A DNA stretch of 64,000 nt from Squalus acanthias (lineage: Eukaryota), in assembly GCA_030390025.1 (NCBI GenBank), contig JASTWF010000356.1, positions 310,001 to 374,000 on the forward strand. The letters are read 5' to 3'. A program made the translations under genes and the position numbers. The notes under the pieces were generated by a model. It did no database searches. It was not told the DNA's origin and was given only the letters and a program-made list of their open reading frames with translations. Numbering within the stretch: position 1 is the first letter of the stretch; each line of letters begins with the position of its first letter. Of the stretch, positions 52,749 through 61,774 are shown in pieces.

Positions 52749-53262
52749 TTAGATAAACAGAGATCTATCTTTTATATTACGATACACCTGTCCCACTTGT
52801 GCGGCTGGAAAGACATCTTTTGCCATTTGGGCGCAGCAACATTTCAACAATAAAACCAGACCATACATCAGTAATATTATAACAAAGAACAAAATCAATC
52901 CTTGTACTACTGATGTCCCGAGTGATTCCAACCATCCACTTGGTCCAGCCCCAAAGGGTGGATGCCGGAGGTTGTTTTAACGTTTTTACTTCTTCCTGTA
53001 TGTGTTCTGCCAAGTTAGTTATTTCTTCTGAGCTGTCGGGTAGGTAGGTACTACATTCTGTAGCTATTAGGGCACAGGCTCCCAATTTTCTGTCAACACA
53101 GTCAAGAGCCATCCGATTTTGAGGCCATGTTAATGGATTCCCTTGCCAATTTACCCATAACTCTCTTTTGGCCCGTGGGGGCACTCTAGTCTTACATACG
53201 AGGCTACATATTATGTTTACACAAACAAGCAAACTACACATGATATCGCATAACATGTTCAT
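52749..53262 (-). pseudogene. env: env remnant: signal peptide, RAKR, large SU deletion, TM subunit (ISD, CX6CC-like motif, membrane anchor), frameshifted
   Basis: MLCDIMCSLLVCVNIICSLVC..RAKR..QNRMALD..CALIATECS..; hydrophobic anchor GLILFFVIILLMYGLVLLL in the second frame; splice acceptor TTTACCCCCACAG ending at 53341. Confidence 0.88.
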
Positions 53263-53366
53263 CTTATCACTTTATGTTAACAATGTCCCAACGGCTATAT
53301 CGCCAACCTAACCACTTTGTTGCTTTTAAATTCTATTTACCTGTGGGGGTAAATGGAATATTGTTA

Positions 53367-54338
53367 TTAAGCTGGTTCCTCGATCATAATCATTTGGATT
53401 CCCTCCTCCTGCTCGACCGGGTGGAGTTGACGGGACCGTTCCCAAACATATTTCAGGATATATCCCAAGGTATATCCAATCAAGATAATACATATTGGGC
53501 CGAAAATTCATCCCGCGACGCGAGAGTACGCACTGCGTACTCTCGCGTATTCCCACTACAATTGCTGGTTTTCTGCATGCCCTGCGCATGCGCTGAAAAC
53601 CGGCAATTGCTCTTTTGAAAAGGGGGCGGTTCCTCGGTGCATCGCGTGCGCGCTACAGGCTGCGCGCACGCTGTGCACTTCGTGCTTTGGATGCGCAGGT
53701 AAGTACGGAAGATTTTAGAAATGGAAAAAGGAGGAGTAACACCCACTTTTAACAAGGTAAGTAGTGAATTAAGTATTTTTTTGAATTTTTTTTAACAGGT
53801 ATATCTTTTTTAGAGACTTTAAAGACAGGTAAGTTTAATTTTATAACTTTTTAAAAGATTTTAAATTTTTTCAAAAATGTAATTTTTTATTTTAAATGGT
53901 TAATTTATTTAACTATACTTATTTTATTAATGTGATTTTTTTTTTAAATTTAATTGAGGTTTAGCTGTTATTTTGGGGGGGTGTAAGATTCATAGATTTC
54001 ACATCACGGATGTGAAACTTATGAATGGAAGATGGTGTGCTGCCATTGGCTCTAACTGAGTCACGTGATCCCACAGCTCGCACGAATTCACTGCGCCGCT
54101 GGGATACGCAAGCACTGCCCAGCTGATGTCTGGAACATCAAGTTCGTGCGAGCTGGATCTGAAAAAGCACAAGCGAGGTGAGAGAACGCGGGGAAGCCTT
54201 ACCCCCGCGGGAACAGAGCGAGATCAATTTCTGGGCCATTATCCAAACTAGCGTTTGTGTCAGCCTCCATTCACATTCGTCATATTATCTAGCATATTCT
54301 TCACTTTCTACAAAATGTACTTGTTCTGTTGTAGCCAT
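53367..54338 (-). pseudogene. Small single-pass transmembrane accessory ORF (75 codons) between pol and env, split by a MITE and carrying one stop
   Basis: Removing 53497-54237 and one ATT TSD restores the frame MATTEQVHFVESEEYAR*YDECEWRLTQTLVWIICIILIGYTLGYILKYVWERSRQLHPVEQEEGIQMIMIEEPA*; the ATG is in AGAATGG context, 2 nt after the pol stop. Confidence 0.6.
53497..54237. mobile_element. Second copy of the same MITE, perfect ATT TSD
   Basis: ATT|GGGCCGAAAATT...AATTTCTGGGCC|ATT; internal sequence collinear with 51387-52025. Confidence 0.92.
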
Positions 54339-54340
54339 TC

Positions 54341-55830
54341 TTAAATTGGTGAAGAGTCATAGGCTTTCAGCTGTGTCCAGTGCTTCCATCGTCCCATGCC
54401 CTTTATATTAATGCAAGCACACGTATGCCCACTAATTAAAATCTGATATGGTCCCGAACATTTTGGGGCGAACCTGGGTTTTCCTGGTAGATTCTTAACC
54501 ATTACCTTGGTCCCCGCTGGAGCGATATATGGAAATGCGGTCAATTCCAAATCTTTATCTCTTTCTTCCTATCTTTCCCTAGTTTGCAGTTTCATTTATT
54601 TTAATTGGTTACTCATTTCCAGGACATATCTGCGGAGTTTATCCTTTAGGGGACCCACGTCTTCTCCTCCAGTCTCTATACCATGGGGGAGCTGCATTGC
54701 CCTCCACGTCATTAGCTCATATGGTGATAGGCCCGTGGTTCGATAAGGGCAGCTCTTAGTTTCATTAATACTGTGGTTAGCATATCCACCCACCGTTGCT
54801 GTTTTTCCCCCAATGCTTTGGCTACCGCTGTTTTTAAGGTGCGAGTCATTCTTTCTACTATTCCAGAACTTTGAGGATGGTATGGGATTTGGAATTTCTG
54901 TTTTATTGACCCCCTTCCTGTAAGGGCGCTTCCCTGATTTAGTTCTAAAAGTGTCTGTCTGATGCACACGGGGTCTATCACCTTTCCATTCTTTCGCCAT
55001 ATTGCCTCTTCATCTGGTCTACCTCCTTCTCGGTACCATTCCTGTCTTTCGTCTTCTGGGGCGTCTGCATGCAATTTACTGCTATCTATTTCCTCTATCT
55101 GTGCACTAGCTGCGTTCCTTTCAACCATTTCTTGTTCAAGAGCTCGCTGTGCTGCTAGATCAGCGGCCTGGTTCCCTTTTTGCTCCTGATTCTGTATTTT
55201 CTGGTGCACTTTGATTTTTATTACTGCAGCTTGTGCTGGGGCTTTTGTGGCTTCCAAGAGGGCCTCTATTCGCTACTGGTGTTTTATCTGATCCCCTCCG
55301 GTTTTCAAAAACCCCCTTCTCCCCCAAGCTGTCATATAATCGTGTACCACTCCGAATGCATATCTACTATCCGTGTAGATGTTTACTGTCCTTCCCCTTG
55401 CTAATTCTAGTGCCTATGTTAACGCTACTATCTCGGCTACTTGTGCCGACAATCCTCCGTCTAACCTTCCCGACATTTATGTTTCCAACTGATCATTTAC
55501 TGCTGCCCATCCTGTCCGGGGAGATCCCTCTACATACTTCCTTGACCCGTCTACGTACAGTGTATTCTGAGCTTCCTCCAGCGGTTCGTCCTACACGAGG
55601 GTTTCGTCAAGTTCCCCCTCCGTCTCTGAGCACTGATGGGGGCTTCCCTCACTCAGGATGCCTTCCGCGGTGTTTTCCCCTGTATCCCGAATTACCTTAA
55701 CTGTCTGGTCTATCGGCAGTAGGACTGCTTCCCATCGAGCTCGCCTCATATTGGAAACTGACCGTAGTGTCCCGTTATTTAACATCTCTACCAGTGTATG
55801 CCGAGTGTGTAAGACGATATCCCCTGTCAT
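54341..55830 (-). pseudogene. pol: pol segment B: tether/connection, RNase H, integrase with a deleted catalytic core
   Basis: GDIVLHTRHTLVEML..RARWEAVLL; LYVDGS..AQVAEIVAL..IYTDSRYAFG..GNQAADLAA; IN jumps from ..GSALTGR to IPYHPQSSGIVERM.RTLK; C-terminal GPY motif. Confidence 0.9.
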
Positions 55831-56554
55831 CACAGTTGGTTTGCTACTCTAACTCTGCATCTCTGTCCTACATTATTCTTAGCGCATATTATACAACGGT
55901 GACAATACTTGGCCACCTCTTGACCCATCTTTGGCCACCACCAGTACTGTGTCAGTCGGTGCAACATGTTACTTCTGCCGGAATGTGTTACACCATCAGT
56001 TGTTGTCTACAACATTTTTTTGCCACCACCTGGTTTCATGGGCCCCATCTCCAAATTCTATCTCGTAACTGTGCGCCAGCTTGTTTCCATCTTTCCTTTT
56101 CCTCTTTACTAGTATGTTCTTGTACCTCCACTATATTCACTTCCTGTACCCCACTGGCTGTCATGACCATATTTATCTCGTGTTTAAACGCGGCTAGTTT
56201 TGCGGCCAAATCTGCATAACGATTTCCTATAGGAGCCTGATCCTGAGTCTCCTATGAGTCCATGTCTATCTTCGTGTGGGCCTTTATTTTAATTGCCGCG
56301 GTTTCTAAAGGTGCCTGTGTCGCCTTAACTAACCTTTCTATTAGCTTTCCATGTGTTACTACCTTTCCAGCGGAGGTCATATAACTCCTTCTGTTAATAT
56401 TCCGGATGCTGGGTTTACTCCAGTATGTTTTTGTAATAATACTGATCCATCTCTTGGTCAGAGGATTTTTTCCCACTTTGCTTTTCGGCTATCTTATATA
56501 GTTCTGTTTAAGAGCCCAAGGGGTTAATTTATCAAATCTTAATTTTCCTTCCAT
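55830..56554 (-). pseudogene. pol: pol segment A: a second, divergent RNase H C-terminal half plus integrase zinc-binding domain
   Basis: YMTSAGK..IKIKAHT..GNRYADLAAK, then (frameshift) GVTHSGR..YWWWPKMGQEVAKYCHRCIICAKNN; ends TGA at 55832-55830. Confidence 0.8.
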
Positions 56555-57299
56555 CACTGTGGGGAAATACTAACTTAAAATTAAGACACTTAAATTTAAT
56601 AATGTCCAATATCTTTAAATTTCGTTCAGCCATACTAAAGTTGTTGCTTATAACTGGAGAAAAAATAGTTTTTTTTCACATTTAAACAAATTGCTTCGGA
56701 GGATTCCACCATAGCAACCGCGACTCCAAGGTTAAATCTTAGACTGAAACTTAATCTTTTGTTAAACAAACTTTTTGTTTTTCTTCTCAGTTTTTACACA
56801 CCAGCTTAACTTAAATTGTGGTTTGAAGTTTTGTTTCAATTCTGGGTGCACAATCTTATTCAATGCGGTCTACACAAATTTACAACAACCAGAATTTCAC
56901 CGTGGCCACAATGAAAGTCTGGTTTTAATTGGTTAATTCAACTCTAACTCCAATTCAATCCAGATCAGTTTTTTTTTAACTAACCAGTATCACTTGGAAA
57001 AGAAAGAAACCACATTAACAAAGAAACAATTACTCATGCCTTGTAAACATTCAAATTAATTTCTTCCAGGCACATTGGCAACTGTGACTTCAAGGCTGAA
57101 GCTTATCTTTTGTAAAACAATTAACAAACTTAAAACAACACACACGTGTCCGTCATTCAAGACAGGTCTTCAAAGGGTTAAACAGCTTTTAGCTCTCTGT
57201 ACAAAAGAGTGAGTGGAACTAAAACAAAAATGACTTTCACTTTTTAAAGACAGACTTTTAGACAAAGAAATACTGTAACTTCACAGTCAGGAAAACTTT

Positions 57300-57489
57300 C
57301 ACACACTTTTAAATGTATGTAAACGCTCCCCTCCAAACCCCACTATGTCTTTGTTGAGGGGACGGGATAAATCGGTAATGGATACAGAAGCTCCCATGTC
57401 TATGAACATATCGCACTGCCGACCCCTAACAGTGCCTGTACATAGACTCTGGGATCTTCCTTCTCCCTCTTAATGGGGGCCGCTGCTAG
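57300..57489 (-). pseudogene. pro: Retroviral aspartic protease N-terminal remnant
   Basis: Starts in frame after the gag stop: LAAAPIKREKEDPRVYV/(fs)GTVRGRQCDMFIDMGASVSI..IVGFGG; DMGA corresponds to the catalytic DTGA. Confidence 0.8.
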
Positions 57490-58925
57490 TCAGTGGCCGC
57501 CATCCTGTTCCTTTACATACTTCAGGAACTTTGAATACATTTCAATGGTCCCGGTCTGGTTTGGCTCTTTCTTTATTGTGAAACACCTCTCGGTCGAATG
57601 TCCTGGATTTGCGCAATTACCACATGCCAGGCGGTTTTGTTTGGGGACCCTACATTCTATTGCCAGATGACCCAACTTCCCACAGTTAAAACAGGGTCCA
57701 TTTTTCCTTTGGGACAGTTGCCGTATTCTTGCGGCCCCGACTTTTTCTTGTTTTATTACTGATGTTTTGTTCCGCCTCTTTGGCACCTATATGACACGCC
57801 CACTGGACCGAAGCTTCATATGTATTCACCGCCACTATTCCCATTTTTAAAATCGCTTGGTGGAATTGGGACAACCCGTCCTTAAACATTTGAATAAAGG
57901 GCTGGTCTGTCATCTGGGGGTTTACTTGTCCCGAGAATGCCTCGTATGCGACAAACAATCGTTCGCCATAATCAATACTGTTTTCCCCTATCCGTTGTTT
58001 TGTCATCATTATACGTCCCCAATTTGGCGAGGATCCTCCTGAGGCCGCCTGGACCGCTGTTTTAAAGGGGTTGTAGGCCGCGAGTTGGGCCGCCTTAAGG
58101 CGATACGGCCGGTCCAGCCGTCGTCTTGGTGGCTGTTTTGGTTCTCCGCTTCCCTCCATTTCTCAGCCGGGCATTTAGCCCGTACTAACTGGTGGATGTC
58201 CCGAGGATGGATGTCGTGGATATCCCACATCTCCTCGAGATTTATCCAAAATTCCCCATTTGTGCTACGGTGCTTCAATGTTCCCAAATCTTTCAATATT
58301 GTTTGTTTTTCTAAGGGGCTAAAAGCTTGGTACTTGGCGGTGGGATTTTGTACCGTTCCCCCTCTTTTTAAAGGGACTGCCTTGACTACGTTAGGGTTCT
58401 TTTCCCTTTCTTCAAAATTTTCGTCATCACTGTCTTCCATGGAAGGGGCTGATGCCTCTTGGGCGTAAGGAGGTAGTATCTCGTCCTCATTTTCGGAGAC
58501 ATGGACTTTTCCGAGGCGCACAAATGTCCCCACCTTTCGTTCCATAGTTCCGTTTTGTCCAGTCGGTACCCGTCAAGGACCGTCTGGCCTCCTTTGAATA
58601 ATAATAATTCTTGTTCTAATTCCAGAAATCTTTCATTTTTACTTGGAAGTATAGTGTGGAGTTGTAGTACATTGTTAGTTAATGCGACTAATTGGTTTAC
58701 TAGTATTACCCACGCCTTTTCTGTCTTTACTGTTTTTGACCCTCTACCACTCAATTCCACCTTCCTATTCTGGAGCGGGTCCCACCCCTCCTTCATCATC
58801 TTATCAAGTAAACCTGTCTGGTCGTCTATATAGAACCTAGTAAGGGCACCATTCGTCCCTATTATATTTCTTTCCCCGACGCCAAATATAGTCCAACTTA
58901 CAGTCTTATCAAATGCTGAGTTCCT
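57490..58925 (-). pseudogene. gag: gag, frameshifted; start approximate
   Basis: LPPY late-domain-like motif, MHR-like KQRIGENSIDYGERL, two CCHC knuckles CFNCGKLGHLAIEC and CGNCANPGHSTERC. Confidence 0.9.
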
Positions 58926-59359
58926 CTACCCGGACTTTTGTTGATACTTTAAAGACTTTCAAGCGGTTACATAGAGACATTTCACACACATATATTAATT
59001 GACTTCACGATCCCAGTGTACTTTGGTTCTCTATGCCTACTTGCTCCTGGCCATTACGTGGGTCCCAATCGCCCTCTTAATTCCGGGTCAGTCTAGGTGT
59101 GTGAGACAGGCGCCCTTCTTGTCCGTGTCGATCAGTTAATTACTCATACCTTTGTGACATATTTCGCTACACAGTAGTCCCTTAGTACACGCAATCCACT
59201 GTCACACAACTGTGTTCTCATACCTCTAACAGACTTTCACTTGATTCGTGATGCGATGGAACTGCCTCTCCGCCGTCCCAAGCGATTGAATTTCTGGATG
59301 GTCAAAATTTGACTTCTCGTCCGGCTTCACTGGTACGGGCAGTCTTTCAGTCCCAGATC

Positions 59360-59377
59360 ATCCTGCTGACTACGCCA
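59360..59377 (-). other. Primer-binding site, tRNA-Ser
   Basis: Minus strand TGGCGTAGTCAGCAGGAT, 2 nt after the LTR; 17/18 complementary to the vertebrate tRNA-Ser 3' end (..ATCCTGCCGACTACGCCA). Confidence 0.9.
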
Positions 59378-59379
59378 AT

Positions 59380-59920
59380 TGTTGGTGAAAAATTAATTCA
59401 CTCGAGTCTGTCTTAAAGCAAAAGATCACAGTTTATTATTCAGAGCACTCTGGGAGAAGGATCATAGCCTACGATCTCATGACCAGCTTCTTAATTTAAC
59501 AATGGCAGCCACGCTTCTTTATACACCTCAAGAAGCCAGAAAATACAAATCTCAGCAAAGTCATTACATCATAAGTGACCATTTCGGTTTCTAAAAACAA
59601 CTCGATTAGAATTTACACTTTTAGCGAAACTTATTATTTTACTTCTGCTTTTGTCAGCCATCTGTGCTGCAAGGTTTCATTCTTACACCTATTCGAGGTT
59701 AGTATATAGAAAAACAATGATTCACATTTTTGTTCTGCAGTGTCTGCATTATCTATACTTCAGCCTAAGCAATTTGGTCTTTTATCTAATTATACCACTG
59801 TCTCCATGCCTTCGGGAGATACGTTGACCTTTACTGTAGTCCTTTAAGCAGTTCAACTAATCTTAAACATTACAACTGATTTGCCCTTACATTATTACAA
59901 ATAATTTTTTAACTCTTACA
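59380..59920 (-). repeat. 5' LTR (541 bp)
   Basis: Minus strand TGTAAGAG...CCAACA; TATAAA at 59523-59518 and AATAAA at 59437-59432. Confidence 0.95.
59582..59591. promoter_or_regulatory. ISRE/IRF-E core TTTCGGTTTC in U3 of the 5' LTR
   Basis: Exact GAAANNGAAA on the minus strand; the equivalent site in the 3' LTR is degenerate (TTCGGGTCTC, about 51237-51246). Confidence 0.45.
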
Positions 59921-59953
59921 CTCTCGATTCTCACTGGGCTGTGGGTGTTGTTC

Positions 59954-60273
59954 AAAAAGAAAGACTTGTATTTATGTAGTCCCTTTCACGACCACCGGAC
60001 GCTCAAAAAGCTTTACAGCCAATGAAGCTCTTTTGAAGTGGGGTCACTGTTGTAAAGTACGGTTATAAATATAAATCAATAGACAAATATTGGCCAAGAC
60101 ACCGGGGATAACTCCCCTGCTCTTCTTCGAAATAGAGCCATGGGATATTTTACGTCCACTTGAGAGAGCAGACGGGGCCTCAGTTTAACGTCTCATCCAA
60201 AAGACGGCACTTCCGAAAGTGCAGCACTCCCTTAGCACTGCAGTGCATTGTCAGCCTAGCTTTATGTGCTCAA
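59954..60273 (-). mobile_element. Deu-domain SINE (SacSINE1/AmnSINE1-like), 5'-truncated with an internal deletion
   Basis: The reverse complement contains GAGTGCTGCAC..GATGAGACGTTAAAC.GAGGCCCCGTCTG..CCCATGGC.CTATTTCGAAGAAGAGCAGGGGAG and an L2-like tail. Confidence 0.85.
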
Positions 60274-60355
60274 CAACACATTTTCCTTGGTTCTGGACAT
60301 CACACCTTAACATAATGGACAGCAGCTGAAATGCAGAAACATTGCCTCCAGACTA

Positions 60356-60588
60356 GTTGTCCCGGTGAAACTGGCCAACAATTATCCCTCAAGGAACAGC
60401 ATAAAATAACAGATGATCTGATCATCCATTGCATTGCTGTTTGTGGGAGCTTGCTGTGCGCAAATTGGCAGCGGCGTTTCCCTTAATTACAACAGTGATC
60501 TCACTTCAAACGTTGTTGATTGGTTGTGAAGAGCTTTGGGATGTCCTGAGGACATGATAGGTGCTGTATAAATGCAAGACCTTTCTTT
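60356..60588 (+). mobile_element. Deu-domain SINE, 3' half
   Basis: CATTGCTGTTTGTGGGAGCTTGCTGTGCGCAAATTGGC...TATAAATGCAAGACCTTTCTTT. Confidence 0.85.
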
Positions 60589-60635
60589 ACGTCGAACTCA
60601 AGTACTTTCCATAGCTCATTGCCATCTTCTAGTCT

Positions 60636-60806
60636 TGTGTGATTAATATTCCAGTCAGTGTGTGATTAATATTCCAGTCAGTGTGTGATTAATATTCCAG
60701 TCAGTGTGTGATTAATATTCCAGTCAGTGTGTGATTAATATTCCTGTCAGTGTGTGATTAATATTCCTGACAGTGTGTGATTAATATTCCTGTCAGTGTG
60801 TGATCA
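60636..60806. repeat. 23-bp minisatellite (about 7.3 copies)
   Basis: GATTAATATTCC(A/T)GTCAGTGTGT at 60641, 60664, 60687, 60710, 60733, 60756 and 60779. Confidence 0.95.
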
Positions 60807-60938
60807 GTATCTACTGGCCTTAACTAACTGGTCACGCCCCAAAGGTCTATTCCATCAATCTCTCCTTCCATTAGTAGCTGGAAGGTGAATGTGTTGTTAT
60901 TTTGTTTTGTGAATTAGATTGAAAGGATTGTTCCCCTC

Positions 60939-61146
60939 ATGAACCCAGGTAAAGGTCGTGCACTTTACAACATGGAGGAGCCCTTGTGTTTGATAGAGAA
61001 CAGCGCATCTGGCGGAATCCAGGTGAACCACGAGGCCGTCAACATCCTGTCAGGGATCAGCCAGCCGGTGGTGGTGGTGGCCATAGTGGGACTGTACCGC
61101 ACCGGAAAATCTTACCTGATGAACAAGCTTGCTCGGAAACGCAAAG
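60939..61146 (+). CDS. GBP: First coding exon of a guanylate-binding protein (GBP1-like, dynamin-superfamily GTPase); 69 codons plus 1 nt
   Basis: MEEPLCLIEN..N.EAVNILSGISQPVVVVAIVGLYRTGKSYLMNKLA with the GBP P-loop GLYRTGKS; acceptor TTAG at 60917; phase-1 donor AAG|GTAC at the position expected from mammalian GBP1. Confidence 0.93.
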
Positions 61147-61414
61147 GTACAATCTTCAACACTCACATTTAACCCAGTGCCAACTCCTGGTGACTCATCT
61201 CGAATAAGACTGAGCGACATTGTTGTGTTTCTGTGTCTGTTATGCTGATTCCGAAATGCCGAAGAAACTCTCCGGTGGGACCGGAGCCGCAGACAGGACC
61301 AGCCGTTGTCTTTTGTTGTTCACACTAAAAACAAGCCGCCATTACATTGTTTTCCATCAGAAACCTGCAGCCTTGTTTCCTCGCAAATGGCTCCATCTGT
61401 GCTGTGGTTGATCA

Positions 61415-61765
61415 CGCTCTCTCTCTCTCTCCTCCTCTACCACTCCTCCTCCCCTCACCCTCTAATTCTCCTCTCTCTGTCCCCTCTCTCTGTCTCGCCC
61501 TGTCTCTCCCCTCTCTCTCTTTCTGGCCCCTCTCTCTCCCCCTCTCTTCCTCTCCTCTCTCTCACCATCTCCCTCCCTCCCCTTTCTCCACCATTTTTCT
61601 ACCCTTCTTTCTCTTTCTATTTCGCTCTTCCTCTTTCTCTGTTCCTCTCTCACTCATTCTCTCTCTCCCTTCCGTGCTCCCCCTTTCGCGCTCTCTCTTT
61701 CTCTCTCTCTTTCTCTTTCACACTCTCTCTATTTCTCTCTCTCTTTCTGACTCTCTCTTCCCCAT
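61415..61765 (+). repeat. CT-rich low-complexity tract (intron 3' end)
   Basis: Almost pure pyrimidine on the + strand; it produces the spurious Leu/Ser and Arg/Glu ORFs. Confidence 0.9.
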
Positions 61766-61774
61766 CAATAGCAG

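Larger units (their letters stand above)
51035..59920 (-). mobile_element. Degenerate endogenous retrovirus provirus (tRNA-Ser PBS, gamma-type env, RT absent; possibly class III/ERV-S/SnRV-related)
   Basis: Paired TG...CA LTRs, PBS, PPT, and gag/pro/RNase H/integrase/env remnants in retroviral order on the minus strand; flanks AGCTC / CTCTC (degenerate TSD). Confidence 0.95.

Noticed and set aside
51349..53755. Paralogous ORFs 51349-51552 and 53480-53755 (..KCTACAQPVARTR..) as a viral zinc-finger gene
   Set aside because: Both lie in the two MITE copies, and their frames are not conserved beyond the shared segment.
59360..59377. tRNA-Ser gene
   Set aside because: Only the 18-nt 3' end including CCA is present, adjacent to an LTR; it is a PBS.
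51035..59920. Assignment to lokiretroviruses or Ty3/Gypsy
   Set aside because: The env remnant has a gamma-type ISD and a CX6CC-like motif rather than a paramyxovirus-like fusion protein, and the tether plus retroviral RNase H argues against Gypsy; without RT the final placement needs phylogeny.
51030..59925. Perfect target-site duplication of the provirus
   Set aside because: The flanks read AGCTC and CTCTC; only CTC matches, so TSD length (possibly 5 bp) cannot be fixed.
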